Shown here: in pieces, positions 9,452 to 20,423 of the stretch
Numbering within the stretch: position 1 is the stretch's first letter
Layout: every line of letters begins with the position of its first letter
Origin: Tagaea sp.
GTDB taxonomy: Bacteria > Pseudomonadota > Alphaproteobacteria > CACIAM-22H2
Length of the DNA: 64,000 nt
Assembly: GCA_965279525.1 (NCBI GenBank)
Contig: CBDIIB010000005.1
Location: 256,001-320,000, forward strand
Direction of reading: 5' to 3'
Program-made: the position numbers and the translations under genes
The notes under the pieces: model-generated
The model's database searches: none
The model's input: the letters and a program-made list of their open reading frames with translations, nothing else
What the model was told of the DNA's origin: nothing

Positions 9452-10093
9452 TCAGCCTTTCGCGAAGCCTGCCGCTTGGCGGGCGAGCGCTTCGATCGCC
9501 GGCCAGTCGCGCGTGGCAAGCGCATCCTTCGGCACGACCCACGAACCGCCGACGGTCATGCAGTTGGGCTGTGCGAGATAGGCCGGAATGTCGGCGGGCC
9601 GGATGCCGCCGGTCGGACAGAAGGCGATTTCGGGAAAGACCGGCCCCATCGCCTGGAGCCAGGCCACGCCACCCGCCACGTTGGCCGGAAAGAGCTTGAG
9701 CTCGGCAAAGCCGTGCTCGCGCGCCATCATGATCTCGCCCGCGGTCGACACGCCCGGGATGAAGGGAAGCCCCGCGGCGCGCACGGCCCCCGCAAGCGCC
9801 GGCGTGAGCCCCGGCGAGACGCCGAAGGCCGCACCGGCAGCACGCGCGCGCGCGACGTCGTCGGCATTGAGGATGGTGCCAAGACCGATGCTGGCCTCGG
9901 GAGCCGCCGCGATCATCGCCTTCAAGGCGTCGATCGCCGCCGGCGTGCGCAGCACGACCTCGAACGTCAGGATGCCGCCACGCACGAGCGCACGCGCCAG
10001 ATCCGCGGCAACCGACGCGTCCGGGATCGTCAGGATCGGCATCACGCGGCCGCGAGCAAGGATTTCGCGCATGGAACGGCGTTGGCTGGACAT
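9452..10093 (-). CDS. eda: KDPG/KHG aldolase
   Basis: EVVLRTP, GLGTIL, FGVSPG, LKLFPA and FCPTGGI motifs. Confidence 0.93.
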   Translation of the reverse strand: MSSQRRSMREILARGRVMPILTIPDASVAADLARALVRGGILTFEVVLRTPAAIDALKAMIAAAPEASIGLGTILNADDVARARAAGAAFGVSPGLTPALAGAVRAAGLPFIPGVSTAGEIMMAREHGFAELKLFPANVAGGVAWLQAMGPVFPEIAFCPTGGIRPADIPAYLAQPNCMTVGGSWVVPKDALATRDWPAIEALARQAAGFAKG

Positions 10094-10232
10094 CGGTTCT
10101 TGCTTTCGGCATCGCTTCCGGGAAGTCCGCGACGATAGGACGGGCGAACCGGCCGGTCAACGTGACGCCGGAATCGCTTGCGCGGCGGGCATGGGCTAGA
10201 GTTCCCAAACTGCCTTCCCAACGATCCAGGCG

Positions 10233-13136
10233 ATGCCGACGCCAGACCCCGATCCGCACCTGCCGCAGCAGTCGCCCCGCAGCCTTGCCGAACGGCTCGG
10301 CGCGCGGATGGCGGCCGTCTTCGCATCGCTTGCAATCGTGCTCCGGCGCCATCAGGAAGGCCAGGCTGCCCGCGCGGCCGCCGCAGCTGCCGAGGTCCGC
10401 TTTCGCGAAGGTCTCGATGCGCTGGGCGAAGGCTTCGCGCTCTACGATGCTTCCGACAGGCTCATCGCGTGGAACGCGCTCTACGTCGTCTTCTTCCCCG
10501 ACGCGCGCAGCCGCATCCGCGTCGGCATGAAGTTCGACGAGCTGCTCGCACTTGTCGCCGGCGATCCGATCTGGTCCGGCCGCGAGGACGAGCGCGCGCG
10601 CTTCATCAATGCAAGCCGGACCGGAAGATCCGCGACGGGTGCCCCCTTCGTCCTCGAGCTTCCGGGGCACAAGGTTGTCGAAGGCATCGAACGGCGCACG
10701 GCGGATGGCGGCCGTGTCGTCATCGTGCGCGACATCACGGCCGAACGCGCGGCCCTGCGCGCACTCGCGATCAGCGACCAGCGCTTCCGCGACGGGCTGG
10801 CGGCGATGACCGAGGCCTTCACGCTCTACGACGAGGAGAACCGCCTGGCGATCTGGAACGACCGGTTCGTCGAGCTGTTCCCGCATCTCGTCGGGCGCCT
10901 GCGCGTGGGGATGGCGCACGAAGAGATCATCCAGCTGGACGCGGCCTCCCGGCTCTACGAGGGCGATGACGCCGAAGACGAGGTCCTGCAGGCCGCCCGC
11001 CTGCGGCGCGAGCGGCCGGGCATGCCCTACGAACTGCGGATGCGTTCGGGCCAGATCATCGAGGGCATGCAGCGGCGCACCGCCGACGGCGGACGCGTCG
11101 CCACATATCGCGACGTCACCGAAGCCCGCCGCACGCTCAAGCAGCTTGCCGACAGCGAGATTCGCGTGCGCGACTTCGCCCAGGTCACGTCGGACTGGTT
11201 CTGGGAGACCGATCAAGAGCACCGCTTCACGTTCGTATCCGATCCGCGCGGCGTTCTGGCGCTCGACCTGCAGGCGACTCTCGGGCGCACGCGCATCGAC
11301 CTGATGGAACCCGTCGACGGGTTTCCCGAATCCGAGATCGCGGCCCACCGCGCCGCACTCGACGCGCATCGTCCGTTCCGCGATTTCATCTACCCGCTCC
11401 GGCTCGGCAGCGGGACGCTCGAATGGGTCGATGTCTCGGGCATCCCGCTGTTCGACGATTCCGGGGCCTTCGTCGGGTATCGCGGTGCAGGGCGCCTCGT
11501 CTCCGAGCAGGTCCGCGCGCGCCGGCGTCTCGAGCTTCTCCAGAACGCGATCGACAACGCCAACGACGCGGTGACGGTCGTGGAGGCGAGCGGCCATCGG
11601 GAACGTCGGGTCGAGATCGCGTTCGTGAACCGCGCGTTCGAACGCCTGACGGGCTTCTCGGCGGCGGAAGTCGTCGGCCAGCCGCCGCGCCGCCTGTTCG
11701 GCACCGACGCCGACCGGCAGGCGGCCGCCGGCCTGTGGGCCGCGATCCGCGACGGCGTGCCCTATCGCGGCGAACTTCTGCTCGCGCGCAAGGATGGCTC
11801 GTCGGGCTGGGTCGACATCCGCCTCGATCCGATATTCGAGCGCGGCCGGCTCACGCACTATGTCGCCATCGAGCGCGACGGCTCGGAGCGCCACGAAAGC
11901 CAGGCCCGCCTCGCCGCCGCACGCGACGAGGCGGAAGCTGCCCGCGAGGCCGCCGAGAAGGCCAACCGCGCCAAGTCGGAATTCCTCGCCTCGATGAGCC
12001 ACGAGATCCGCACGCCGATGAACGGCGTCATCGGCATGGCCGGCGTGCTTCTAGATGGCACGCTCAAGCCCGACCAGCGCCGCGCGGTCGAGACGATCCG
12101 CGATTCCGGCGAGATCCTGCTCCAGATCATCAACGACATCCTCGATCTTTCGAAGCTCGAAGCGGGCAAGATGGCGTTCGACGCGCTTCCCTTCGAGCCG
12201 CACAGCCTGGCCCAGGGCGTCGTCGACATCGTGACGCCGCGCGCGGCGGCAAAGGAACTGCCGGTATCGCTCGTCATTCGGCCGGACGTGCCGCCGACGC
12301 TGGTGGGCGACAGCGTGCGGGTGCGCCAGGTCCTCATCAACCTTGTCGGCAACGCGGTGAAGTTCACCGCCCGCGGCTCGGTGCGGCTGGAGATCGACAG
12401 GCTGCCGCCCGCCCCCGACGGCCGCCTCTGGATCCGCTTCGCTGTGCATGATACCGGCATCGGCATTCCCGAAGAGCGCCGCAAGGACCTGTTCCGCGAG
12501 TTCAACCAGCTCGACAGCTCGATCACGCGCCGCTATGGCGGGACGGGACTCGGTCTTGCGATCTGCCGAAGTCTCGTCGCACGGATGGACGGAGCGATTT
12601 CGGTCGAAAGCGAGGTCGGCCGCGGCAGCATGTTCGAGGTCCGCCTTCCGTTTACCGCAGCCGATCCGGCTGCCCTCGTGGCGGCCGCGCGAAGCGACGG
12701 CACCGCAGGCGGCGGCGTCCTGCTGCGCCGGCCGGACGGCGGTCCGTTGCGCATCCTGCTCGTCGAGGACAACGAGACGAACCGCCTCGTGGCGCTGTCG
12801 ATGCTGGAGAGCGTGGGCCTGACGGCCGATCTGGCGGCCGACGGTGCCGCTGCCGTGGCCGCGGTCATGTCGCGGCCCTACGACATCGTGCTGATGGACA
12901 TCCACATGCCGGAAATGGACGGGCTTGCCGCCGCCCGCGCGATCCGTGCCCTCACCGGCGAGTCCGCCCGCGTCCCGATCGTCGCGGTGACCGCGAACGC
13001 CTTCCAGAGCCACGCGAACGAATGCCTGGAGGCCGGCATGGACGATTTCCTGCCCAAGCCCTACCGGAAGGCCGCCCTGCTCGATGCGATCGCCCGCAAC
13101 GGCCTTTCGCACAAGCCGGATATCGCACAAAGGTAG
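10233..13136 (+). CDS. Multi-PAS hybrid sensor histidine kinase/response regulator
   Basis: Four PAS-like repeats. His[13 protein letters not shown]. HATPase [10 protein letters not shown] and GGTGLGL. Receiver domain LLVEDN...LMDIHMP...LPKP. Confidence 0.92.
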   Translation: MPTPDPDPHLPQQSPRSLAERLGARMAAVFASLAIVLRRHQEGQAARAAAAAAEVRFREGLDALGEGFALYDASDRLIAWNALYVVFFPDARSRIRVGMKFDELLALVAGDPIWSGREDERARFINASRTGRSATGAPFVLELPGHKVVEGIERRTADGGRVVIVRDITAERAALRALAISDQRFRDGLAAMTEAFTLYDEENRLAIWNDRFVELFPHLVGRLRVGMAHEEIIQLDAASRLYEGDDAEDEVLQAARLRRERPGMPYELRMRSGQIIEGMQRRTADGGRVATYRDVTEARRTLKQLADSEIRVRDFAQVTSDWFWETDQEHRFTFVSDPRGVLALDLQATLGRTRIDLMEPVDGFPESEIAAHRAALDAHRPFRDFIYPLRLGSGTLEWVDVSGIPLFDDSGAFVGYRGAGRLVSEQVRARRRLELLQNAIDNANDAVTVVEASGHRERRVEIAFVNRAFERLTGFSAAEVVGQPPRRLFGTDADRQAAAGLWAAIRDGVPYRGELLLARKDGSSGWVDIRLDPIFERGRLTHYVAIERDGSERHESQARLAAARDEAEAAREAAEKANRAKSEFLASMSHEIRTPMNGVIGMAGVLLDGTLKPDQRRAVETIRDSGEILLQIINDILDLSKLEAGKMAFDALPFEPHSLAQGVVDIVTPRAAAKELPVSLVIRPDVPPTLVGDSVRVRQVLINLVGNAVKFTARGSVRLEIDRLPPAPDGRLWIRFAVHDTGIGIPEERRKDLFREFNQLDSSITRRYGGTGLGLAICRSLVARMDGAISVESEVGRGSMFEVRLPFTAADPAALVAAARSDGTAGGGVLLRRPDGGPLRILLVEDNETNRLVALSMLESVGLTADLAADGAAAVAAVMSRPYDIVLMDIHMPEMDGLAAARAIRALTGESARVPIVAVTANAFQSHANECLEAGMDDFLPKPYRKAALLDAIARNGLSHKPDIAQR

Positions 13137-13199
13137 GCAACCGTCGGGCCGGCTGCTAGATTTTCCCGGTCAACATGTCGTCCTGCTGGAGCCCTCCCC

Positions 13200-13523
13200 A
13201 TGATCCTCACCACCACCCAATCGGTCGACGGAAAGCGCATCACTGGCTATCTGGGCGTCGTCTCCGCCGACGTCGTGCTCGGCTCGAACGTCTTCAAGGA
13301 TTTTTTTGCCTCGGTGCGCGACTGGGTCGGCGGGCGCGTCGGCAGCTACGAGAAGGTATTTGCCGAAGCCAAGCAGGAGGCGTTGGCCGAACTCCAGACC
13401 CGCGCCAAGGAACTCGGCGCCGACGCCGTCGTCGGCATCGATCTCGACTACCAGACGATCGGCGGCGACACCAAGATGCTGCTGATGGTCGCGGCCAACG
13501 GCACTGCCGTGAAGCTCGGCTAG
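13200..13523 (+). CDS. YbjQ/UPF0145 family protein
   Basis: MILTTT...YLGVV...GGR..SYE...LGADAVVG...ANGTAV, typical of YbjQ. Confidence 0.9.
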   Translation: MILTTTQSVDGKRITGYLGVVSADVVLGSNVFKDFFASVRDWVGGRVGSYEKVFAEAKQEALAELQTRAKELGADAVVGIDLDYQTIGGDTKMLLMVAANGTAVKLG

Positions 13524-13527
13524 GCCG

Positions 13528-14067
13528 ATGGGAATGCGCTCGAACCGGGTGGCAATCATGGGACTGTTCGCGAGCCTGCTGGCGTTGATCGGGTGCGACA
13601 AGCTGGGAATGAGTCAGGTTGTCTATACGACCGGCGCAGACGTGCCGCAGATCCTCCAGGCCGCGTCGGTCGAAGGGCCGCTCGGCGTCGAAGCGATGGG
13701 CGATGGCTTCGGGCTGGACGCTGCCACGCTCGGTGCTCGCGTCGCGGCGGTGCTCGTCGCGAACAACCCGCATCCCTGGCTCAAGTTCGAGACCGATCGC
13801 GCCAAGACGGCCGGCGACTACCGCATGATTTTCGTCTTCGACGCGCGATCCGTCCGCCAGCCGGATTTCCCGGCGATCTGTGCAGGACGCGCGCCGCGTT
13901 TCGAGCGGGACACCGCAAGATTTAATGTCCATGCGGTCCTCTGCACGCCCCGCGGACCCGTGGTCGCGGTCCATGGCTGGTTGAAGCGGCCGGAATCGTT
14001 CGACGATCCGGCACTTCAGCGCCTGATCATCCAGGTGGGCAGCCAGGCGGTCCGCGGTGCCACCTGA
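13528..14067 (+). CDS. Hypothetical lipoprotein
   Basis: Lipobox LALIGC, codon style like the host, 4 nt after ybjQ. Confidence 0.65.
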   Translation: MGMRSNRVAIMGLFASLLALIGCDKLGMSQVVYTTGADVPQILQAASVEGPLGVEAMGDGFGLDAATLGARVAAVLVANNPHPWLKFETDRAKTAGDYRMIFVFDARSVRQPDFPAICAGRAPRFERDTARFNVHAVLCTPRGPVVAVHGWLKRPESFDDPALQRLIIQVGSQAVRGAT

Positions 14068-14085
14068 CCGGATTCAATTTTACCT

Positions 14086-14100
14086 TTAACCGTTCATAAA
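14086..14100. promoter_or_regulatory. Possible CtrA box (1 mismatch)
   Basis: TTAA-CCGTTCA-TAAA directly upstream of the GGDEF-EAL gene. Confidence 0.35.
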
Positions 14101-14124
14101 CGCCGCACGCTCGATAAAGGGCGC

Positions 14125-15858
14125 ATGAAGCGCGCCTTTCCGGAGTCCCGACCAACATCTGCCGAGCCGTTCCTGTCGACGACGGACTGCGCGATCATGG
14201 ATGCGATGGCCGACGCGATTCTGGTCGTCAACGCCGAGCACCTGATCCTGCGTGCCAATCCGTCGGCCGGCCGCATGCTCGGTTGCACCGCGGGCGAACT
14301 CGAGCGCCTCGAACTGTCGCGGATCGTCCCGAACGCGGACGCGGTTCCGGAGATCTGGGCGGATAGGGGTCGCGCGCACTCGGCCGAGGTCCACGCGCTG
14401 TCGCTCGACGGGCGGGCGTTCCCGGCAACGCTTTCCGTCAACGCGATATCCGGCATCGACGCGGCATGGCATGTCGTTTCGATTCGCGACGTCACGGATC
14501 AGGCGCGCGCCCATCGCCAGCTCGTCGATCGCACGCTGCGCGACGGGCTTACCGGGCTGCCGACACGCGCCCTGTTTCTCGAACAGGTCGAGCATGCGCT
14601 CGCCCGCCGGCGGGCCGGCTCGGCGGACGGCGAGATCGCCGTGATCTGCATCGGGCTCGACCGGTTCAAGCTCGTCAACGACTCGCTCGGATACCCGGCG
14701 GGCGACGAGCTGCTCGCGGCCGTCGCGGCACGGCTCTCCGAAGAACTTGGGCCCGGCGTGCCGATCGCCCGCCTGGGCGGAGACGAGTTCGGCATCCTGG
14801 TCGACGGCGTGGCGCGCAAATCCGAGGCCGTGGTCGCGGCCGAGCGCGCACTCGGCACGTTCGCGATCACGTTCCCGCTGGCCGGGCGCTCACTCCTCAT
14901 CGGCGCATCGATCGGTCTCGCCTTTGCCGCATCCGAAGACGAGATCGTCGTACAGACGCTGCTGTCGAACGCCGACGTGACCATGCATCGCGCCAAGCGG
15001 GCGGGCGGCGGACGCATCGAGATATTCGAGCCGACGCGGCACAGCGAGGCGCTCGGCCTGCTCGAGATCGAACTTGCACTGCGCGAAGCGCTGCAACGCG
15101 GCGAATTCGAGCTCGTCTACCAGCCGATCGTCGATCTCCAGCGCGGCAACCTGCGCGGCGTGGAGGCCCTGCTGCGCTGGAAGCGCGACGGCGGCGCCAC
15201 GGTACCGCCTTCCGTCTTCATTCCGATCGCCGAGCAGTCCGGCCTGATCGTCCAGATCGGCGAGTGGGTGCTGCGCCGCGCCTGCACGCAGATGAAAGCC
15301 TGGCGCGACAGATACGGTGCGGCCGCTCCCGAATACGTGGCCGTGAATCTTTCCGCACGACAGATCGACCGCGACGACGTGCCGGCACTCGTCCGGCGTG
15401 TTCTGGCCGACACGAACCTCGATCCGCGCCATCTCGAACTCGAGCTGACGGAATCCTCGGTCGTCGAGAACCCGGAAGTCGGCCAACGCATCCTGCAGGA
15501 GGTCGTGGCACTCGGGGTCTCGCTCGCGATCGACGATTTCGGCACCGGCCAGTCCGCCCTATCGCTTTTGCCGCGCTTGCCGCTGGCCAAGCTCAAGATC
15601 GACCGCGCCTTCGTCGCGCGCATGGACGTGGAATCGGAAAGCTTCGAGATCGTGCGCGTGATCGTCTCGCTCGCCCAGGCCCTCGGCATGCGTACCGTCG
15701 CGGAGGGCATCGAGCGGGAAAGCCAGCTTCGCCTGCTGCGCAGCCTGGGCTGCGCCCATGGCCAAGGCTACTTCTTCCACCGCCCGCTGCCGGCAAGCGA
15801 GATCGAGCGCCTGTGCGAAAGCCCGGCGCCGACGAGCATCCGCGCCCAGTCGGCCTGA
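14125..15858 (+). CDS. PAS-GGDEF-EAL c-di-GMP cyclase/phosphodiesterase
   Basis: RLGGDEF, YQPIV..EALLRW, IDDFGTG, LKIDRAF, AEGIE and GQGY motifs. Confidence 0.93.
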   Translation: MKRAFPESRPTSAEPFLSTTDCAIMDAMADAILVVNAEHLILRANPSAGRMLGCTAGELERLELSRIVPNADAVPEIWADRGRAHSAEVHALSLDGRAFPATLSVNAISGIDAAWHVVSIRDVTDQARAHRQLVDRTLRDGLTGLPTRALFLEQVEHALARRRAGSADGEIAVICIGLDRFKLVNDSLGYPAGDELLAAVAARLSEELGPGVPIARLGGDEFGILVDGVARKSEAVVAAERALGTFAITFPLAGRSLLIGASIGLAFAASEDEIVVQTLLSNADVTMHRAKRAGGGRIEIFEPTRHSEALGLLEIELALREALQRGEFELVYQPIVDLQRGNLRGVEALLRWKRDGGATVPPSVFIPIAEQSGLIVQIGEWVLRRACTQMKAWRDRYGAAAPEYVAVNLSARQIDRDDVPALVRRVLADTNLDPRHLELELTESSVVENPEVGQRILQEVVALGVSLAIDDFGTGQSALSLLPRLPLAKLKIDRAFVARMDVESESFEIVRVIVSLAQALGMRTVAEGIERESQLRLLRSLGCAHGQGYFFHRPLPASEIERLCESPAPTSIRAQSA

Positions 15859-15861
15859 CGG

Positions 15862-16728
15862 CTAGCGGAAAAGCACGTCCTTCGACGCAAGCACCGCACC
15901 ACCGACGATGAGGACGCACGCGGCAAGCAGCGAGAAGCTGGCCGTGCCCGTTCCGGCCAGAAGCAACAGTCCCGTCGACATCAGCGGCGTCAGATAGGAC
16001 GCGGCACCGAGCGCCTTGATGTCGCCCTTCTTCATCCCGATGTCCCAGACGAAGAAGGCAAGCCCGACCGGGCCGAAGCCCATCGCCAGCAGGGCCGTCC
16101 ACTGGCCCGGCGTCCCGGCATAGGCATCCTCGAAGACGAGATGGCATATCGCCGCAAGCGCCGCCGTGCCGACGCAGAACCCCGTCACCGCATCGGTCGG
16201 GACATCGCCAAAGCGGCGCGACAGCACCGAATAACTCGACCAGATCACGGCCGCCGCGAACGCGCATGCGTATCCGGCGATCTGTGCTGGCGCGAAGCCG
16301 CCGGCACCGGCACCAGCACCGACGATCAGGACACAGCCCGCAAGCCCCGCCGCGGCACCTGCAAGATGGAACCAGCGCAGGCGCTCGCCCGGCAGGAAGC
16401 CGGAGAACACGACGATCAGCAGCGGCCAGAGATAGTTGAGCAGGTTCGCTTCGACCGGCGGGGCGAGCGCGATGGCCGCGAAATAGCAGGCGTGATAGCC
16501 GAACAATCCGTAGAGCCCGAGCGCCCAGACGGCCGGGCGCTGGCGCCAGGCGCCGAACAGGGGCTCGCGCCGGATCGCGCGCTTGCCGAGGCCAAGGGCG
16601 CCCGCGATCGCGAAGGTGACGGCGCAGCCGAAGAAAGGCGGCGGCTGCGCGATCGCTGTCAGGACGGCGAGCGATGCCCAGAGTGCGACGGCACCCAATC
16701 CGATCAATGTCGCCGTGCGGACCGTCAA
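15862..16728 (-). CDS. DMT/EamA family transporter (YddG-like)
   Basis: TTG start after GGGGAG. About 10 TM segments. ANLLNYLWPLL, WSSYSVLSRR and WDIGMKKGDI motifs. Confidence 0.88.
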   Translation of the reverse strand: MTVRTATLIGLGAVALWASLAVLTAIAQPPPFFGCAVTFAIAGALGLGKRAIRREPLFGAWRQRPAVWALGLYGLFGYHACYFAAIALAPPVEANLLNYLWPLLIVVFSGFLPGERLRWFHLAGAAAGLAGCVLIVGAGAGAGGFAPAQIAGYACAFAAAVIWSSYSVLSRRFGDVPTDAVTGFCVGTAALAAICHLVFEDAYAGTPGQWTALLAMGFGPVGLAFFVWDIGMKKGDIKALGAASYLTPLMSTGLLLLAGTGTASFSLLAACVLIVGGAVLASKDVLFR

Positions 16729-16749
16729 GATGCGGGACTCCCCGGAACG

Positions 16750-16782
16750 AAAAAGGCCCCCGGGCATCGCACCGGGGGCCTT
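16750..16782 (-). terminator. Rho-independent terminator of phaAB
   Basis: 11-bp stem AAGGCCCCCGG / CCGGGGGCCTT with a T run on the minus strand, just downstream of phbB. Confidence 0.8.
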
Positions 16783-16807
16783 CCTCTAGCCGTTTGCCGG
16801 AACGGCT

Positions 16808-17533
16808 TCAATACATGTGCTGGCCGCCATTGATCGACATCGTCGAGCCGGTGACGAAGCCGCCGTCATCCGAAACCAGGAAGAGCACGCCGCGCGCGAT
16901 CTCCGAGGCTTTGCCGAGCCGGCCGACCGGGATACGCGCGACGATCTTCTCGAGCACGTTGGGCGGAACGGCCCGCACCATGTCGGTATCGATGTAGCCG
17001 GGCGCGATCGCGTTGACCGTGATGCCGGCCGAAGCGCCTTCCTGGGCAAGCGCCTTGGTGAAGCCATGGATGCCGGACTTCGCCGCCGCATAGTTGACCT
17101 GGCCGTACTGGCCGGCCTGCCCGTTGACCGAGCCGATATTGACGATGCGCCCGAACTTGCGCGCGCGCATGCCTTCGATGGTCGCCCGGCTCATGTTGAA
17201 GCACGAGCCGAGATTGGTCTGGATGACCGCGTCCCACTGGTCGAATGTCATCTTGTGCATCGTGCCGTCGCGCGTGATGCCGGCGTTGTTGACGAGCACG
17301 TCGACGGGACCGAGCTTCGCCTCGACCTCCTTCACGCCGGCGACGCACGCCTCGTATTTCGACACGTCCCACTTGAAGGCCGGGATGCCGGTGCGCTTGG
17401 TGAACTCCTGCGCGGCCGAATCGTTGCCGCCATAGTTCGCCGCGACCTTGTAGCCCGCGTCGCGCAGACCCACGCTGATCGCCTCGCCGATCCCGCGCGT
17501 TCCGCCCGTAACGATCGCAACCCGTCCCGACAT
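16808..17533 (-). CDS. phbB: Acetoacetyl-CoA reductase
   Basis: VTGGTRGIG, NNAGITRD, GQYGQVNYAAAKSG and INGGQHMY motifs; follows the thiolase gene. Confidence 0.96.
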   Translation of the reverse strand: MSGRVAIVTGGTRGIGEAISVGLRDAGYKVAANYGGNDSAAQEFTKRTGIPAFKWDVSKYEACVAGVKEVEAKLGPVDVLVNNAGITRDGTMHKMTFDQWDAVIQTNLGSCFNMSRATIEGMRARKFGRIVNIGSVNGQAGQYGQVNYAAAKSGIHGFTKALAQEGASAGITVNAIAPGYIDTDMVRAVPPNVLEKIVARIPVGRLGKASEIARGVLFLVSDDGGFVTGSTMSINGGQHMY

Positions 17534-17576
17534 GTGTTTTCTCCCCGTTTGCTTTTTATCGTTATCGCCGTGCGCT

Positions 17577-18749
<1,173 letters not shown>

Positions 18750-18806
18750 GAGTCTCTCCCGTTGTGGAATTCTGTCGGATTGGGGATCAGTCTACGCGTG
18801 CCCGCA

Positions 18807-20066
18807 TCAGCGGGGCAAGCGCCCCAGCCAGCCCGCAAGCGGTTCCCAGAGCTCGGACTTCGCGCGCCCACCGACGACCATGCCGATATGGCCAAGCTGA
18901 AGTTCGAGCGTGTCCGCCTTCTTCAGTTTTGCCGCGAGCGCGCGTGCGCTGGCCGGTGGCACGATGCGGTCTTGTGCCGGCACGACGCACAGGGCGGGAA
19001 GGTCCAGCATGTGCGGCAGGACCGCGCGTCCCGAAAGCGTCCACTTGCCCTTCGCGGGAAGGTTCTCGCCGTACCAGCCGACGAGCGTTTCGCGCGCGAC
19101 CGGTGCCGACAGCGCCACGCCGTCATTGAGCCAGTCCTCGAGTGCGATGAACGCGCGCAGCTTCGGGCTGTCGTCGGCGAGGCCCGCAAGCCCGCGGAAC
19201 TTGCGCGCGGCGAGGAACGGATCGAGTGCGGCGAACAGGCCCTGCAGCACATCGACCGGCAGTTCGCCCGCCGCATCGATCCACGGCCACCACGGGCGCA
19301 GCGCGTCGCCGATGCCCAGCGCCAGGTCCGTGCGTTCGGTATGGAAATCCCACGGTGTGGCCAGCAGGGCGAGACCCGACAGGCGATGCTGCTGGCGTGC
19401 GGCCAGCCCGAGAGCGAGCAGTCCGCCCATGCAATAGCCCAACGCCACTGGCTTCTTCGCGCCCGCACGTTCGACGGCTGAAAGTGCATCGGTCAGGCGC
19501 CGGTCGATATAGGCCGACAGCCCGAAGCCGCGTTCGATGTCGCCCGGTGCATCCCAGTCGACGAGGAACGGCCGGAAGCCGCGCGCGGCAAGAAAGCGCG
19601 CAAGCGAGTTTCCCTCGTCGAGATCGAGCACGTAGGCGCGGTTGATCAGCGACGGGACCAGCAGCAGCGGGCGCGCGCCGGCGGGTGCGTCGGGCGCGTA
19701 GTCGTAGACGCGCGTCGTACCTTCCTGCCAGATCGCCTTGGGCCATTCGAGCGGCCGGCGCCACGGATGTTTGCGGTAGCGCGTCAGTCCTTCGTGGAAA
19801 CCGGCGAGGCGGCGCTTGATCTCGCGCCCCAGCGCCTCACGGAACGCCGGTTCCGGATGGCTTGCGAGTTCGCTTTCGAGGCTTGCCGCGCGTTCCTTCA
19901 GGCTTGGATGCCAGTCCAGCCCCGGCAGCCGGACCGGTGCCGGCTGCAAGCTTTTCTTCGAGAAGGGCAAGGCGGCGGCGCAGCTCAGCCAGGTCGTCGC
20001 CGCGATCGCCACGTGCAGCGCCAGCGGGCGCGGCCCCGTGCGCGGCGGTCGCGGACCCGGCGGCAT
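18807..20066 (-). CDS. PHA synthase-like alpha/beta hydrolase (class III PhaC-like)
   Basis: LLVPSLINRAYVLDL, lipase box GYCMGG, QDRIVP and GHIGM give a complete Cys-Asp-His triad. Lies in the pha cluster. Confidence 0.85.
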   Translation of the reverse strand: MPPGPRPPRTGPRPLALHVAIAATTWLSCAAALPFSKKSLQPAPVRLPGLDWHPSLKERAASLESELASHPEPAFREALGREIKRRLAGFHEGLTRYRKHPWRRPLEWPKAIWQEGTTRVYDYAPDAPAGARPLLLVPSLINRAYVLDLDEGNSLARFLAARGFRPFLVDWDAPGDIERGFGLSAYIDRRLTDALSAVERAGAKKPVALGYCMGGLLALGLAARQQHRLSGLALLATPWDFHTERTDLALGIGDALRPWWPWIDAAGELPVDVLQGLFAALDPFLAARKFRGLAGLADDSPKLRAFIALEDWLNDGVALSAPVARETLVGWYGENLPAKGKWTLSGRAVLPHMLDLPALCVVPAQDRIVPPASARALAAKLKKADTLELQLGHIGMVVGGRAKSELWEPLAGWLGRLPR

Positions 20067-20313
20067 GCTTGAAGAATTCGGCGAAGGGGCCATCGGCGAA
20101 CACATTCGCACCCGGCCCGCCGCCCTTCAACCCTTCGGCCGCCGCGGCCCAGATGCCGGCAAGCCCCGCCGGCCCGAGCGTGGCCCAGAGCTGCGCATAA
20201 CGCCCCATCGTGCGCGACATCTCGGGATCGGCCGACATGGCGGCGACCTGGTCCTGCCAGAGGTCGAGATAGCGTCTGGCGAGTTCGTCCAGATTGGGCG
20301 GTTCGGCGGTCAT
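19837..20313 (-). CDS. Small hypothetical protein overlapping the PhaC-like gene (possible PhaE-like partner)
   Basis: N-terminus LDELARRYLDLWQDQ and coiled-coil LAELRRRLALLEEKLA; first gene of the transcript diverging from phaR. Confidence 0.6.
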   Translation of the reverse strand: MTAEPPNLDELARRYLDLWQDQVAAMSADPEMSRTMGRYAQLWATLGPAGLAGIWAAAAEGLKGGGPGANVFADGPFAEFFKHAAGSATAAHGAAPAGAARGDRGDDLAELRRRLALLEEKLAAGTGPAAGAGLASKPEGTRGKPRKRTRKPSGTGVP

Positions 20314-20423
20314 GCAGGCGTCAGCCTAGCCGAAACAAGATGGGCGGTGAATGGTATATGAATACCTTATGCCGATTTAGTGTGCGCTTGCGAGATATCC
20401 CCCGGCCATGCCAGTTTAGCCCT

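Noticed and set aside
11540-11880. LOV photosensor domain in the hybrid kinase
   Set aside because: The PAS domain resembles LOV ([15 protein letters not shown]) but has QPPRRLFG instead of NCRFLQ, so the photoactive Cys is missing.
20314-20423. PhaR operator in the divergent promoter
   Set aside because: Only a loose TGC-rich stretch (GTGCGCTTGCG) is present, too weak to call.
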